64,000 nt of DNA from Candidatus Geohabitans tengchongensis (GCA_031459625.1 JAVKIH010000005.1:33952-97951); one strand, 5' to 3'. Numbered from the stretch's first letter, positions 21,588 to 32,609 are shown. Notes: generated by a model not told the origin, from the letters alone. Numbers and translations are program-made.

Positions 21588-22067
21588 ATGTGGCCGGTCA
21601 TCGCCATGATCGTCCTGGGGCTCGTCGCGGCCGCATCGGGGCCGCCGCCGGAGCGGCCGTCGGTGCAGCGCACCGTGGGACCGCTCGTGCTGGAGCTGAC
21701 GCTCGACAAAACCACCTACCTGGCGGGGGAGCCGGTCGAGGCGCGCGTCGTCCTGCGGAACGCGGGGGCGACGCCGGTGACCGTGCACTTCCCCTCGGGA
21801 CAGCGCTTCGACCTGGTGGTGCGCCGCCGGGGAGCGCTGGTCTGGCGGTGGTCGCACGACAAGGCCTTCATCCAGGTGGTGCAGGACGTCACCCTAGACG
21901 CGGGGCGGGCGCTCGCCTTCAGCGCCTCCTGGCCCCAGGTCGACCTGCAGGGGCGGCGGGTGGAGCCCGGGACCTATGAGGCGGTGGGCGTCCTGACCGG
22001 GCGGCTGCCCGACGGTCCGGGGCGCGAGGTGGAGACCCCGGCCCTCACCTTCCAGATCCGCGGCTGA
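21588..22067 (+). CDS. Secreted BsuPI-domain (proteinase-inhibitor-like, Ig-fold) protein
   Basis: Signal peptide; FPSGQRFDLVV...VWRWSHDKAFIQ; PGTY. Confidence 0.8.
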   Translation: MWPVIAMIVLGLVAAASGPPPERPSVQRTVGPLVLELTLDKTTYLAGEPVEARVVLRNAGATPVTVHFPSGQRFDLVVRRRGALVWRWSHDKAFIQVVQDVTLDAGRALAFSASWPQVDLQGRRVEPGTYEAVGVLTGRLPDGPGREVETPALTFQIRG

Positions 22068-22125
22068 GCGGGTCCCCGTCCGCTGCATCTCCCCGGGCGA
22101 TCCCCTATAATGGGATGGAGCGCGT

Positions 22126-22202
22126 GGCGGCGTAGCTCAGGTGGTCAGAGCACGCGGCTCATACCCGCGGTGTCGGGAGTTCGAGTCTCCCCGCCGCCAC
22201 CA
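22126..22202 (+). tRNA. tRNA with CAT anticodon, most likely elongator tRNA-Met
   Basis: Full cloverleaf GGCGGCG...CGCCGCC-A-CCA, anticodon loop CTCATAC; TATAAT at 22106. Confidence 0.95.
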
Positions 22203-22286
22203 CCGGCCCCGACGGCCGTTTTTCCTTTTATGGCCCGTGCGACGCCGATCACCGAGGGTCGGTGGCGGCGCGGGCAGGGCGGGGCG

Positions 22287-23327
22287 ATGACCGGGCGAGG
22301 GCTGTCCCGCATCGTGGAGCGCATTCGAGCCGCCCACCTCTTCGCGGCGGGCGACGCCGTGCTGGTGGGCGTCTCCGGCGGGGGAGACTCGGTGGCCCTG
22401 CTGGTGGCCCTGCGCGCGCTGGCACCGGCGATGGGCCTGCGCCTGATTGTGGGGCACGTCGACCACGGGCTGCGGCCGGAGGCAGCCGACGACGCCCGCT
22501 TCGTGCGCGACCTGAGCGCGCAGTGGGGGCTGCCCTGCGTCGAGGAGCGCGTGACGGTGGTTGCGGGCGCGGGCCGGTCACCCGAGGCGGCGGCGCGGGC
22601 CGCCCGCTACGCCGCCCTCGAGCGGCTGGCCCTGGCCCAGGGATGTGGGAAGGTGGCGGTGGGCCACACCGCCGACGACCAGGCCGAGACGCTCCTCCTG
22701 CGGCTGCTGGGCGGCGGTCGGCTGGCCGGGATGCGGGCGACCCGGCCGCTCGGCCGGGTGGAGCTGGTGCGGCCGCTGCTCGGGGTGTGGCGCCGGGAGG
22801 CGCGCGACGTGCTCCGCGAGCAGGGCGTGGGGTGGCGCGAGGACCCCACCAACGTCGACCGGCGCTTTCTGCGCAACCGCATCCGTCATGACTTGCTGCC
22901 CCTGCTGGAGGGGCATATCCCGGGCGTCCGCTGGCGGCTGCGCGACGCGGCGGAGTGGCTGGCGGAGGAGGACGCCCTGCTGGACCGGCTGGCGCGGGAG
23001 GCGGAGGCGCGCGTCCTGCGCCTGGGAGCGGGCGTGGTGGCGCTGCGCCGTGCCGCCCTGCAGGCGGAGCCGCCCGCCCTGCAGCGGCGCCTGGTGCGCC
23101 GGGCGGTGCGCCGGGCGGGCGGGAACACCCGCCGGCTGCGCGGCGTTCACATCAGCGGGGTCCTGCGTCTGGCGCAGGAGGGACGGGAGGGCCGGCAGGT
23201 GAACCTCCCCGGTGTGGTGGCCGCCGTGGTGGGTGGCGAGATCCACCTGCGCCGTCCGGAGCCGCCGGAGGGCGGCACCACGGTCGCGGCGGGGCAGGGC
23301 GTCGCCGTGGGGGACCGCGACGGGTAA
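22287..23327 (+). CDS. tilS: tRNA(Ile)-lysidine synthetase (short form)
   Basis: SGGGDS PP-loop, HVDHGLR, ARAARY, GHTADDQAET, RPLL, RNRIR. Confidence 0.95.
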   Translation: MTGRGLSRIVERIRAAHLFAAGDAVLVGVSGGGDSVALLVALRALAPAMGLRLIVGHVDHGLRPEAADDARFVRDLSAQWGLPCVEERVTVVAGAGRSPEAAARAARYAALERLALAQGCGKVAVGHTADDQAETLLLRLLGGGRLAGMRATRPLGRVELVRPLLGVWRREARDVLREQGVGWREDPTNVDRRFLRNRIRHDLLPLLEGHIPGVRWRLRDAAEWLAEEDALLDRLAREAEARVLRLGAGVVALRRAALQAEPPALQRRLVRRAVRRAGGNTRRLRGVHISGVLRLAQEGREGRQVNLPGVVAAVVGGEIHLRRPEPPEGGTTVAAGQGVAVGDRDG

Positions 23328-23366
23328 GAGGAGAGGGGATCGGCCCTCGTCCGCTGGAGGAGCAGG

Positions 23367-25277
23367 GTGCTGAACCGCTATCTCCGCAACATGATCGTCT
23401 GGGCCGTGATCATCGCGGTCGTCGTCTACTTCTTCCTGCCCCTCTACCGCCAGCGCACGCCCCGGCAGGAGCTCCCCTACAGCGTCTTCCTCACGCGCGT
23501 CGAGCAGGGGCAGATCCAGGAAGTGACCATCAGCGATGAGCGCATCACCGGGCGGCTGCGCGACGGCGAGGAGTTCATCACCTACGGCCCCGTGGGCGAG
23601 GAGACGCTGGCCAAGCTCAGCGCCAAGCACGTGGCCATCAAGTACGAGCCGAAGTCGCGCTCCGTCTTCTGGCCGAACATCCTCTCCACGCTGCTGCCCA
23701 TCTTCCTCCTGGTGGGGCTGTGGATGCTCATGCTCCGCCAGGCCCAGAGCGGCAGCAACCAGGCCATGTCCTTCGGGAAGAGCCGGGCCCGGCTCCACAC
23801 CGACAACAAGCCGCGGGTGACCTTCGAGGACGTGGCCGGGGTGGACGAGGCCAAGGAGGAGCTCCAGGAGATCATCGAGTTCCTCAAGCACCCCAAGAAG
23901 TTCCAGGCCCTGGGCGCGAAGATCCCGCGCGGCGTCCTGCTCATCGGCCCGCCGGGCAGCGGCAAGACGCTGCTGGCCAAGGCGGTGGCCGGGGAGGCGG
24001 GGGTGCCGTTCTTCTCCATCTCGGGCTCGGAGTTCGTGGAGATGTTCGTGGGGGTGGGGGCCAGTCGTGTGCGGGACCTCTTCGACCAGGCGAAGAAGTC
24101 GGCCCCGTGCCTGGTCTTCATCGACGAGATCGACGCCGTCGGCCGACAGCGCGGCGCGGGACTGGGCGGCGGGCACGACGAGCGCGAGCAGACCCTCAAC
24201 CAGCTGCTGGTGGAGATGGACGGCTTCGACCCCAACGCCGGCATCATCGTCATCGCCGCCACCAACCGCCCCGACATCCTCGACCCGGCCCTGCTGCGCC
24301 CCGGCCGCTTTGACCGCCGCGTGGTGGTGGACAACCCCGACACCAAGGGGCGGCGGGCCATCCTGGAGGTGCACGCCCGCGGCAAGCCCATCGCCGAGGA
24401 CGTCAACCTGGACCTGCTGGCCAAGCGCACGCCCGGCTTCAGCGGAGCCGACCTGGCCAACATGATGAACGAGGCGGCGCTCCTGGCGGCGCGGCGCAAC
24501 AAGAAGCGGATCACCATGGCCGAGATGGAGGAGGCCATCGAGCGGGTCATCGCCGGCCCGCAGCGGAAGAGCCGCATCCTCAGCCCCAAGGAGCGGGAGA
24601 TCGCCGCCTACCACGAGGGCGGGCACGCCCTGCTGGCCAAGCTGCTGCCGTCCGCGGACCCGCCGCACAAGGTGACGATCCTCCCCCGCGGGATGGCGCT
24701 CGGCTACGTCATCTCAGCCCCGCCCGAGGACAAGTACAACTACACCCGCGGCGAGATCCTGGACCGCATCACCGTGGCCCTGGGCGGGCGGGTGGCCGAG
24801 GAGCTGGTCTTCGGCGAGGTCACTACCGGGGCGCAGAACGACTTCGAGCAGGCCACCGAGCTGGCCCGCAAGATGGTCACCGAGTTCGGGATGAGCGAGA
24901 AGCTGGGGCCGCTGTCGCTGGGCAAGCGCCACGGACCGGTCTTCCTCGGGCGGGACCTGGTGGAGAGCCGCAACTACTCCGAGGAGATCGCCTACGAGAT
25001 CGACAAGGAGATCCGCCGCATCATCGACGAGTGCTACGAGCGGGCGCGGGCGACCCTGATGGAGCACCGCGACCAGCTCGAGCGGCTCGCCCGGACCCTG
25101 CTGGAGCGGGAGAGCCTGGAAGCCGAGGAGCTGGAGCGGGTGCTGGCGGGCCTGCCCCTGGAGCCGCCCGGGCCCGCGCCGGCCCCGCCGGCCCCCGCCG
25201 CGGAGGCGCCCGCGGAGGCCAAGGCGCGGCCCGAGCCGGGGCTGCCGCGCCTGCGGCCCAAGCCCGAGACCTCGTAG
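23367..25277 (+). CDS. ftsH: ATP-dependent zinc metalloprotease FtsH
   Basis: Two TMs, [29 protein letters not shown]. Confidence 0.98.
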   Translation: MLNRYLRNMIVWAVIIAVVVYFFLPLYRQRTPRQELPYSVFLTRVEQGQIQEVTISDERITGRLRDGEEFITYGPVGEETLAKLSAKHVAIKYEPKSRSVFWPNILSTLLPIFLLVGLWMLMLRQAQSGSNQAMSFGKSRARLHTDNKPRVTFEDVAGVDEAKEELQEIIEFLKHPKKFQALGAKIPRGVLLIGPPGSGKTLLAKAVAGEAGVPFFSISGSEFVEMFVGVGASRVRDLFDQAKKSAPCLVFIDEIDAVGRQRGAGLGGGHDEREQTLNQLLVEMDGFDPNAGIIVIAATNRPDILDPALLRPGRFDRRVVVDNPDTKGRRAILEVHARGKPIAEDVNLDLLAKRTPGFSGADLANMMNEAALLAARRNKKRITMAEMEEAIERVIAGPQRKSRILSPKEREIAAYHEGGHALLAKLLPSADPPHKVTILPRGMALGYVISAPPEDKYNYTRGEILDRITVALGGRVAEELVFGEVTTGAQNDFEQATELARKMVTEFGMSEKLGPLSLGKRHGPVFLGRDLVESRNYSEEIAYEIDKEIRRIIDECYERARATLMEHRDQLERLARTLLERESLEAEELERVLAGLPLEPPGPAPAPPAPAAEAPAEAKARPEPGLPRLRPKPETS

Positions 25278-25282
25278 CCGCC

Positions 25283-25984
25283 ATGGCCGCGCCGGAAGCC
25301 CGCGCGGGGTCCGTCACGCTGGAGGCGCCCGGGCAGGCGCCGGGGGTCGCGGTGGCGGAGCCCGCCCCGGCGACGGTGGAGGTTCCCGCCTACCAGCTGG
25401 AGCCGGAGGTCCGGGTCGACCCCGCGCGCACGGCCCTCATCGTCGTCGACATGCAGAACGACTTCGTGAAGCCGGGCGGCGCCCTGGTCGTGCCAACGGC
25501 GGAGGCGACCATCCCGGCCATCCAGCGGCTCCTCGGCTTCGCCCGGGAGCACAGGATGCGCGTCTTCTTCACCCAGGACACCCACCGAGAGGGGGACCCC
25601 GAGTTCCCCATCTGGGGGCGGCACGTCCTCCACGGCACCTGGGGGTGGCAGATCGTGGACGAGCTCCGCCCCCGGCCCGAGGAGCGCGTCATCGAGAAGC
25701 TGCGCTATGACGGCTTCTTCGGCACGCCGCTCGACCACGAGCTGCGCCTGGCCGGCCAGGAGGCGGTGATCGTCTGCGGCACGGTGGCCAACATCTGCGT
25801 CCTGCACACCGCCGGGAGCGCCGCCCTGCACGGCTACCGCGTCATCCTGCCGGTGGACGCCATCTCGGCGCTGGTGCCGTTCGACCTGCACGCCGCTATC
25901 CGCCAGGTCGCCTTCCTGTACCGCGGCACCATCACGACGAGCGAGGCCATCCGCGCCGCCCCGGACGCGCGCCGCGCCGGGTGA
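25283..25984 (+). CDS. Isochorismatase-family cysteine hydrolase (nicotinamidase-like)
   Basis: ALIVVDMQNDF, TQDTH, EKLRYDGF, GTVANICV (Asp-Lys-Cys triad). Confidence 0.9.
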   Translation: MAAPEARAGSVTLEAPGQAPGVAVAEPAPATVEVPAYQLEPEVRVDPARTALIVVDMQNDFVKPGGALVVPTAEATIPAIQRLLGFAREHRMRVFFTQDTHREGDPEFPIWGRHVLHGTWGWQIVDELRPRPEERVIEKLRYDGFFGTPLDHELRLAGQEAVIVCGTVANICVLHTAGSAALHGYRVILPVDAISALVPFDLHAAIRQVAFLYRGTITTSEAIRAAPDARRAG

Positions 25985-26050
25985 CGGGCGGCGCGCGACG
26001 ACCCCGGGCATCGCCGCGCCGGCACGATGCGGCCGAGGGGAGGTGGAGCA

Positions 26051-26539
26051 GTGGTCCGTGACCGCGCCGGGCGACTGCAGCGCAGGACGGGCTTGAGCCT
26101 GGGGCCCATCGTGGCCTTCCTGGCGGTGGCGCTCGTCGCCGGGGCGGGGCTCTTCACCTGGGACTACCTGTGGCGCCAGCAGCAGGAGGCCGCCCGCCGC
26201 CCCGCCCCGCCCGAGGTCATCGCCCGCAACCTGGTGGAGAACATCATCGGCCGCAACACCGTCAAGGCCTCCCAGGTGGACGCCGCCACCGGCGTGGCCG
26301 CGGTGACCTTCGAGTCGGCCACCTTCAAGCCCGAGCCGGCGCAGTCGAAGCAGAACTCCCGCGAGTTCCTCACCGCCGAGGCCGAACTGGCCAGCCAGGC
26401 GATCCTGGCGCAGCTGGAGCAGGTGCGCCGCGTGAACCTCACCATCGTCGACCCCAAGAGCGGCGCCACTCTGGCCACGGCCACGGCCGTACGTGACCGT
26501 CCGGTCCAGATGACCTACGTCGACCCGCGCCTCCGCTAG
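26051..26539 (+). CDS. Hypothetical membrane-anchored protein
   Basis: SD GGAGG before GTG; N-terminal TM; native codon bias. Confidence 0.7.
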   Translation: MVRDRAGRLQRRTGLSLGPIVAFLAVALVAGAGLFTWDYLWRQQQEAARRPAPPEVIARNLVENIIGRNTVKASQVDAATGVAAVTFESATFKPEPAQSKQNSREFLTAEAELASQAILAQLEQVRRVNLTIVDPKSGATLATATAVRDRPVQMTYVDPRLR

Positions 26540-26549
26540 CCGCCCGGGC

Positions 26550-28091
26550 ATGGCCGAGGAGCCCGGCGTGGCCGTGGGAGCGGTCCTCACCCCGGAGGAC
26601 GTGGGACGCGTCGCCTACGGCCGGGTACCGGTGCGCCTGGCCCCGGGCGCGCGCGAACGGGTACGGCGGGCCCGGGCGCTGGTCGAGGACCTGGTGGCCG
26701 GGGGCGCCGCCGTCTACGGCATCACCACCGGTGTGGGGGCGCTCGCCGGACGGCGTATCTCGCCCGAGCAGAGTGCCGCCCTCCAGGCCAACATCGTGCG
26801 CAGCCACGCCGCCGGGGTGGGCCCACCGCTGGCGCCGCCCGAGGTGCGGGCGATGCTCCTGCTGCGGGCCCACACGCTGGCCCTGGGCCACTCCGGCATC
26901 CGCCCCGAGACGCTCGACCTGATGGTGGCCATGCTCAACCACGACCTCCTGCCGGTGATCCCCTCCCAGGGGTCGGTGGGGGCGAGCGGCGACCTGGCCC
27001 CGCTGGCCCACCTGGCCCTGGCGCTCATGGGGGAAGGGTGGGTGGTGCAGGAGGGCCACCGGCGCCCCGCGGCGGAGGCGCTGCGCGCCGCCGGGCTGAC
27101 GCCGCGGCGGCTCGACGCCAAGGAGGGCGTGGCCCTCATCAACGGGACCCAGATGATGACGGCCGTCGGGACGCTGGCCCTGCTGGCCGCCGAGCGGTTG
27201 GCCCGCACGGCGGACGTCGTGGGGGCGATGACGGCGGAAGCCCTGCTGGCCCTGCCGGCGCCCTTCGACGCCGACCTCCACCGCCTGCGCCCGCAACCCG
27301 GGCAGGTGCGCAGCGCGGCCAACCTGCGCCGGCTCCTGGCCGGCAGCCGGCTGGCGCGCCCCGCCGAGCGCATCCAGGACGCCTATGCCCTGCGCTGCAT
27401 GCCCCAGGTCCACGGCGCCGCCCGCGACGGCATCGCCTTCGCCCGCACGGCGCTGGAGGTGGAGATCAACGCCGTCACCGACAACCCGGTCCTCCTGCCC
27501 GACAGCGGCCGCGTGGTCTCGGGCGGCAACTTCCATGGGCAGCCGGTGGCCCTGGCCCTGGACGTGCTGGCCGTGGCGGCGGCCGCTCTGGGGACCATCA
27601 GCGAGCGGCGCGTGGAGCGGCTGGTCAACCCGCACCTGAGCGGGCTGCCGCCCTTCCTCGCCCCGGCTGGCGGATTGCACTCGGGGCTGATGCTGGCCCA
27701 GTACACCGCCGCGGCGCTCGTGGCCGAGAACAAGGTGCTCGCCCACCCCGCCAGCGTCGACACCATCCCCACCTCGGCGAACCAGGAGGACCACGTCAGC
27801 ATGGGGGCCATCGCCGCCCGCAAAGCGGCGCAGGTGGTGGAGCACGTGGGCCGGGTGCTGGCCATCGAGGCGGTGTGCGCCGCGCAGGCGCTGGAGCTGC
27901 GCCTGGCCGGGGAGGCGGGGCCTGACGCGGCCGCGCCGGCGGTGCGGGCGGCCTGGCAGCGGCTGCGCGCGGCCGTCCCCCCCTTGCGGGAGGACCGCGT
28001 CCTGGCCGAGGACCTGGAGGCCGCCTACGCCCTGGTGCGCGAGGGGGCGCTCGTGGCCGCCGCCGAGGGCGTCGTGGGCGAGCTGCCGTGA
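26550..28091 (+). CDS. hutH: Histidine ammonia-lyase
   Basis: [20 protein letters not shown] (MIO-forming ASG), [21 protein letters not shown]. Confidence 0.97.
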   Translation: MAEEPGVAVGAVLTPEDVGRVAYGRVPVRLAPGARERVRRARALVEDLVAGGAAVYGITTGVGALAGRRISPEQSAALQANIVRSHAAGVGPPLAPPEVRAMLLLRAHTLALGHSGIRPETLDLMVAMLNHDLLPVIPSQGSVGASGDLAPLAHLALALMGEGWVVQEGHRRPAAEALRAAGLTPRRLDAKEGVALINGTQMMTAVGTLALLAAERLARTADVVGAMTAEALLALPAPFDADLHRLRPQPGQVRSAANLRRLLAGSRLARPAERIQDAYALRCMPQVHGAARDGIAFARTALEVEINAVTDNPVLLPDSGRVVSGGNFHGQPVALALDVLAVAAAALGTISERRVERLVNPHLSGLPPFLAPAGGLHSGLMLAQYTAAALVAENKVLAHPASVDTIPTSANQEDHVSMGAIAARKAAQVVEHVGRVLAIEAVCAAQALELRLAGEAGPDAAAPAVRAAWQRLRAAVPPLREDRVLAEDLEAAYALVREGALVAAAEGVVGELP

Positions 28092-28149
28092 GGCGCGGGA
28101 TGCTGGCGCGTCCTGGGCGAGTTGGTGTGAGGCGCGGGATGCTGGCGCG
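28075..28149 (+). repeat. Tandem duplication of 36 bp (period 39) covering the hutH stop region
   Basis: tgggcgagctgccgtgaggcgcgggatgctggcgcg versus tgggcgagttggtgtgaggcgcgggatgctggcgcg. Confidence 0.85.
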
Positions 28150-28166
28150 CCGGGAGGGGACGGACC

Positions 28167-29825
28167 ATGGCTGAGCCGCGTGTCGTGCGGGCGCCGCGGG
28201 GGCCGGTGCGCTCCTGTCGCGGGTGGGGGCAGGAGGCGGCGCTGCGCCTCCTCATGAACACCCTCGACCCCGAGGTGGCCGAGCGCCCCGCCGACCTGAT
28301 CGTCTACGGCGGGACGGGCAAGGCGGCGCGGAGCTGGGAGGCCTTCGACGCCCTGGTCCGCACCCTGCGCGGGCTGGCCGACGACGAGACCCTGCTCGTC
28401 CAGTCGGGCAAGCCGGTGGCGGTCTTCCGCACCCACGAGTGGGCGCCCCGGGTGCTGATCGTGAACGCCATGCTCGTCCCGGCCTGGGCCACCTGGGAGG
28501 AGTTCTGGCGCCTCGAGGCCATGGGGTTGACCATGTACGGCCAGATGACCGCGGGGTCGTGGATCTACATCGGCACCCAGGGGATCCTGCAGGGCACCTA
28601 CGAGACGTTTGCCGCGGTGGCCCGGCGCCACTTCGGCGGGACGCTGCGCGGCCGCGCGGTGCTCACGGCGGGGCTGGGCGGGATGGGCGGGGCCCAGCCG
28701 CTGGCCATCACGATGAACGAGGGGGTGGCCCTGGTCGTGGAGGTGGACCCGGCGCGCATCCACCGCCGCCGCCAGGCCGGGTGGGTGGACCGGGCCACGG
28801 ACGACCTGGACGAGGCGCTGCGGTGGGTGGAAGAGGCGCGACGGACCGGCCACCCGCTCTCGGTGGCCCTGCTGGGCAATGCCGCCGACGTGCACCCCGA
28901 GCTGCTGCGGCGCGACGCCGCCTTCGACGTCGTCACCGACCAGACCTCAGCCCACGACCCGCTCGGCGGCTACATCCCCTCAGGGGTGACGGCGGAGGAG
29001 GCGGCGGTGCTGCGCCGGCAGGACCCGGAGCGCTACGTGCGCATGGCGCGGGAGTCGATCGTCCGCCACTGCGAGGCCATGGTCACCTGGCAGCGGCGCG
29101 GGGCGGTGGTCTTCGACTACGGCAACAACCTGCGCGGGCAGGCGCGCGAGGCCGGCTACGGGGAGGCCTTCGCCTACCCGGGGTTCGTGCAGGCCTACAT
29201 CCGCCCGCTGTTCGCCCGGGGGCGCGGGCCCTTCCGCTGGGTGGCCCTCTCCGGCAACCCGCAGGACATCGCCGTCACCGACGCGGCGGTGCTGCGCCTC
29301 TTCCCCGAGGACGAGGCGCTGGCCCGCTGGCTGCGCCTGGCCCGGGAGCGCGTCCCCTTCCAGGGGCTGCCGGCGCGCATCTGCTGGCTCGGCTACGGGG
29401 AGCGGGCCCAGGCCGGGCTGGCCTTCAACGAGCTGGTGCGGACCGGCCGGGTGGAGGCGCCCATCGCCATCGGGCGGGACCACCTGGACGCCGGGTCGGT
29501 GGCCTCGCCCACCCGCGAGACCGAGGGGATGCGGGACGGCTCCGACGCCATCGCCGACTGGCCCATCCTCAACGCGCTGCTGAACGCCTGCGCCGGCGCC
29601 ACCTGGGTGGCGGTGCACCACGGCGGCGGGGTGGGCATCGGGTACTCCATCCACGCCGGGCAGGTGGTGGTGGCCGACGGAACGGCGCTGGGGGCGCAGA
29701 AGCTGGAACGGGTCCTCACCACCGACCCCGGTAGCGGCGTGGTCCGCCACGCCGACGCGGGCTACCCCGAGGCGGTGGACGCGGCCAGGCGCGGCGGCAT
29801 CGTCATGCCCATGCTGGCGGGCTGA
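28167..29825 (+). CDS. hutU: Urocanate hydratase
   Basis: [53 protein letters not shown]. Confidence 0.98.
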   Translation: MAEPRVVRAPRGPVRSCRGWGQEAALRLLMNTLDPEVAERPADLIVYGGTGKAARSWEAFDALVRTLRGLADDETLLVQSGKPVAVFRTHEWAPRVLIVNAMLVPAWATWEEFWRLEAMGLTMYGQMTAGSWIYIGTQGILQGTYETFAAVARRHFGGTLRGRAVLTAGLGGMGGAQPLAITMNEGVALVVEVDPARIHRRRQAGWVDRATDDLDEALRWVEEARRTGHPLSVALLGNAADVHPELLRRDAAFDVVTDQTSAHDPLGGYIPSGVTAEEAAVLRRQDPERYVRMARESIVRHCEAMVTWQRRGAVVFDYGNNLRGQAREAGYGEAFAYPGFVQAYIRPLFARGRGPFRWVALSGNPQDIAVTDAAVLRLFPEDEALARWLRLARERVPFQGLPARICWLGYGERAQAGLAFNELVRTGRVEAPIAIGRDHLDAGSVASPTRETEGMRDGSDAIADWPILNALLNACAGATWVAVHHGGGVGIGYSIHAGQVVVADGTALGAQKLERVLTTDPGSGVVRHADAGYPEAVDAARRGGIVMPMLAG

Positions 29826-29957
29826 CCGGTCCCGTCGGGCCGGCCGGGGCGCGCGCCGCCTCGGCTCTGGCGCCTGCCCCGTGCGCCTCTTTACGCCGAT
29901 TCCCCGGGATGCCATGCTAGGAGGCGGTTTTCACCCCCAGTTCGAGGCACAGGACCG

Positions 29958-30350
29958 GTGTACGCCCTCAACTTCTACTCGTCGGTGTTCGGCGAGATGC
30001 TGCGCCAGGGGCGCAAGACGGCCACCATCCGCCTGGGCGACAAGCGCGACAAGTACCGCGACGGGCAGGTCGTCTGGCTGACGGTGGGCCGGCGCTTCGG
30101 GACGCGGCGCAAGGTCGGGGTGGCCATCATCGACCGGGTGGAGGTGAAGCGGCTGGCCGAGGTGACGCCGCGGGAGATCGAGCGCGACAACCCGGAGCTC
30201 CGCCGCCACGAGGACCTGATGGACTTCCTGGCCACGATCTACGGCCGGCCGGTCGGGCTGGACGACCTCGTCACCGTGATCCACTTCTCGCGCATCGTCG
30301 AGGGGGACGGTCCCCACCCGCCCACCTCCCATCACCCGCCCGGCCCGTAG
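29958..30350 (+). CDS. ASCH domain protein (PUA-like, RNA-binding)
   Basis: F..ML.QGRKTATIR (GxKxxxxR) motif. Confidence 0.85.
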   Translation: MYALNFYSSVFGEMLRQGRKTATIRLGDKRDKYRDGQVVWLTVGRRFGTRRKVGVAIIDRVEVKRLAEVTPREIERDNPELRRHEDLMDFLATIYGRPVGLDDLVTVIHFSRIVEGDGPHPPTSHHPPGP

Positions 30351-30997
30351 GCCTGCGCCCGCCGCGTCACCACCAGCGCCCGCCACCACAACCCCATGAC
30401 CACCGGGACGACGCTCAGCGCCACCAGCGTGCGCGTGAAGAGGACCCCGTCGTAGACGGCGTGGGCCAGGGCGCTCGTGCCCAGCCCCAGGGCGAGCAGC
30501 CGCGTGGCGCGGCGGGGGTGGCGGTGCGCCAGACCGATGTAGAACCCCATGAGCGCGCCGAAGCAGGCGTGGCCCGGGACGGCGAGCAGCGCCCGCAAGA
30601 CCCCCACCGCCACTCCGCCCCGCAGCACGTAGGCCAGGTTCTCCAGCGTGGCGAAGCCGAGCGAGGCCGCCACGGCATAGACGATCCCGTCGAGCGGCTC
30701 GTCGAAGGCCGGGTGGCGGTACACCGCCAGGAGGACCACCGCGAACTTCGCCGCCTCCTCGACGGTGCCGACCAGCAGGGCGGCCCCGGCCCCGTGCGGC
30801 AGGTAGGGCCCGGCCGGGTCGAGCCCGAGGAGTCGGAAGAGGGCAACTTCGACGAGTCCCGCCGCCACGGCGGAGACGGCGCCCAGCAGGAAGACCCGGC
30901 GGACGAGCCCGCGCGGCTCCGGGTGGAGGTGGTCGCGGGCCAGGAAGTACCACAGCCAGAAGATCCCCGGAGCGACGGCCAGGACGACCAGGCCCAC
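30332..30997 (-). CDS. prsW: PrsW-family intramembrane metalloprotease
   Basis: EEAAKF, DGIVYA..SLGFATLEN, PGHA, HAVYD. Confidence 0.88.
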   Translation of the reverse strand: MGLVVLAVAPGIFWLWYFLARDHLHPEPRGLVRRVFLLGAVSAVAAGLVEVALFRLLGLDPAGPYLPHGAGAALLVGTVEEAAKFAVVLLAVYRHPAFDEPLDGIVYAVAASLGFATLENLAYVLRGGVAVGVLRALLAVPGHACFGALMGFYIGLAHRHPRRATRLLALGLGTSALAHAVYDGVLFTRTLVALSVVPVVMGLWWRALVVTRRAQAYGPGG

Positions 30998-31006
30998 CGG
31001 GGCGCC

Positions 31007-31576
31007 TCAGGCCTCGACCGCCTGCACGCGGGCGGGGAGCAGGACGAAGTCGGGCGGGACGCCCGGAGTGAGGTAGAGGTGCTCGGACGCCTGGAAGAAC
31101 GCCACGCCGCGGTCGTGGGCCCGCCGCGCCAGGACGGGGACGACCAGGCCGGCCTCGCCGTGGCGTTCCAGGGCCCGCGCCGCCTCGAGCCAGGTGTCGA
31201 CCAGGTGGACGAAGCGCCGCTCGCGCGGTCGCAGCCCCGCCGCCTGCACCTCGTCCGCCTGGCGGGCGGGGAGCGCCGCATAGAGCCACTCCGGCGGCCG
31301 CACCGCCGGGCCGGGGTGCTGAAGGGGGACGGTGTGGCCGTGGCGGGCGCGGATGCGGCCGGCGCGCACCTCGAAGCGGCGCGGGTCGTGGTGGACCACG
31401 GCCAGCACGTCGGCCTCGGTCACCCCCTCCCACCCGCCGTGCCGGCGCAGCGCCGCCACCAGGGCGTCCAGGGGCACGCTCCCCTCCTCGTCGAGGGTCA
31501 GGCCGACCTCGTCGGGACGGTGGCGCAGGATCAGGGACAGGAAGCGGCTGAGCCGGAGACGACGTTCAGGCTGCAT
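31007..31576 (-). CDS. kptA: RNA 2'-phosphotransferase (Tpt1/KptA family), divergent
   Basis: LSRFLSLILRH, RRFE, IRARHGHT, RRFVHL. Confidence 0.85.
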   Translation of the reverse strand: MQPERRLRLSRFLSLILRHRPDEVGLTLDEEGSVPLDALVAALRRHGGWEGVTEADVLAVVHHDPRRFEVRAGRIRARHGHTVPLQHPGPAVRPPEWLYAALPARQADEVQAAGLRPRERRFVHLVDTWLEAARALERHGEAGLVVPVLARRAHDRGVAFFQASEHLYLTPGVPPDFVLLPARVQAVEA

Positions 31577-31712
31577 CTGGCGCCATGGCCCTTCGCCCGC
31601 GCACGGGCGCCTCCCTCCTCCCCGGCGCCCGCAGGAGCTGCGGGCACCCGGGCCCGGGCAGGCGCGGCCGATGCCGTTGAGGGGGGAGGGGGCATGGTGT
31701 AGGCTCAACGGC

Positions 31713-32609
31713 GTGAGCAGGCGCTTGCTCGAGTGTGTCCCCAACATCAGCGAGGGGCGTCGGCGCGAGGTCATCGAGGCCGTCGTCCAGGCGGTGCGGG
31801 GGGTCGAGGGCGTCCGCCTCCTCGACGTCCAGTCCGACGAGAGCCACAACCGGTCGGTCATCACCTTCGCCGGCGAACCGGAAGCGGTGGCCGAGGCCGC
31901 CTTCCGCCTGTGTGAGCGCGCGGTGGCCCTCATCGACATGAACACCCACCGGGGCGAGCACCCGCGCATCGGGGCGGTGGACGTCGTCCCCTTCGTCCCC
32001 ATCGCCGACGTGACCATGGACGAGGCCGTGGCCCTGGCCCGGGCGCTGGGGCGGCGGCTGTGGGAGCGGCTGCAGGTGCCGGTCTACTTCTACGGGGCGG
32101 CGGCCACGCGGCCGGAGCGGGTGCGCCTGCCCGACATCCGCAAGGGGGAGTACGAGGGGCTGCGCGAGAAGATGAGCGACCCGGCCTGGGCCCCCGACGT
32201 GGGGACGGCCGTCCCCCACCCCACCGCCGGGGCCACGGTGGTGGGGGGGCGGCGGCCGCTCATCGCCTACAACATCAACCTCAACACCACCGACGTGAAC
32301 GTGGCCAAGCAGGTGGCCCGGGCGGTGCGCGAGTCGAGCGGCGGGCTGGTGAACGTCCAGGCGATGGGCGTGACCTCGGAACGCGGGCAGGCCCAGGTCT
32401 CGCTCAACCTCCTCGACCACACCCGCACCCCCATCATGCGGGCCTTCGAGCTCGTCCGCGTGGAGGCCGCGCGCTTCGGGGTGGAGATCGCCGAGAGCGA
32501 GGTCGTGGGGTTGCTCCCGCTGGATGCGCTGGTGGACGTGGCCCGCTATGCCCTGCGGCTGCGCGACTTCCGGCGCGACCAGATCCTCGAGACCCGGCTG
32601 ATGGAGTAG
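31713..32609 (+). CDS. ftcd: Glutamate formiminotransferase
   Basis: ECVPNISEGR, HNRSVIT, GEHPRIGAVDVVPF, HPTAGAT. Confidence 0.95.
   Translation: MSRRLLECVPNISEGRRREVIEAVVQAVRGVEGVRLLDVQSDESHNRSVITFAGEPEAVAEAAFRLCERAVALIDMNTHRGEHPRIGAVDVVPFVPIADVTMDEAVALARALGRRLWERLQVPVYFYGAAATRPERVRLPDIRKGEYEGLREKMSDPAWAPDVGTAVPHPTAGATVVGGRRPLIAYNINLNTTDVNVAKQVARAVRESSGGLVNVQAMGVTSERGQAQVSLNLLDHTRTPIMRAFELVRVEAARFGVEIAESEVVGLLPLDALVDVARYALRLRDFRRDQILETRLME

Noticed and set aside
26439..28895. Very long antisense or alternate-frame ORFs (also 22578-24668, 31566-34034, 41317-43839, 58944-62225)
   Set aside because: Expected in very high-GC DNA opposite real genes; they have no motifs
31007..31576. Functional link between KptA and the 23S introns
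   Set aside because: Group I self-splicing leaves no 2'-phosphate junction, so no mechanistic link follows
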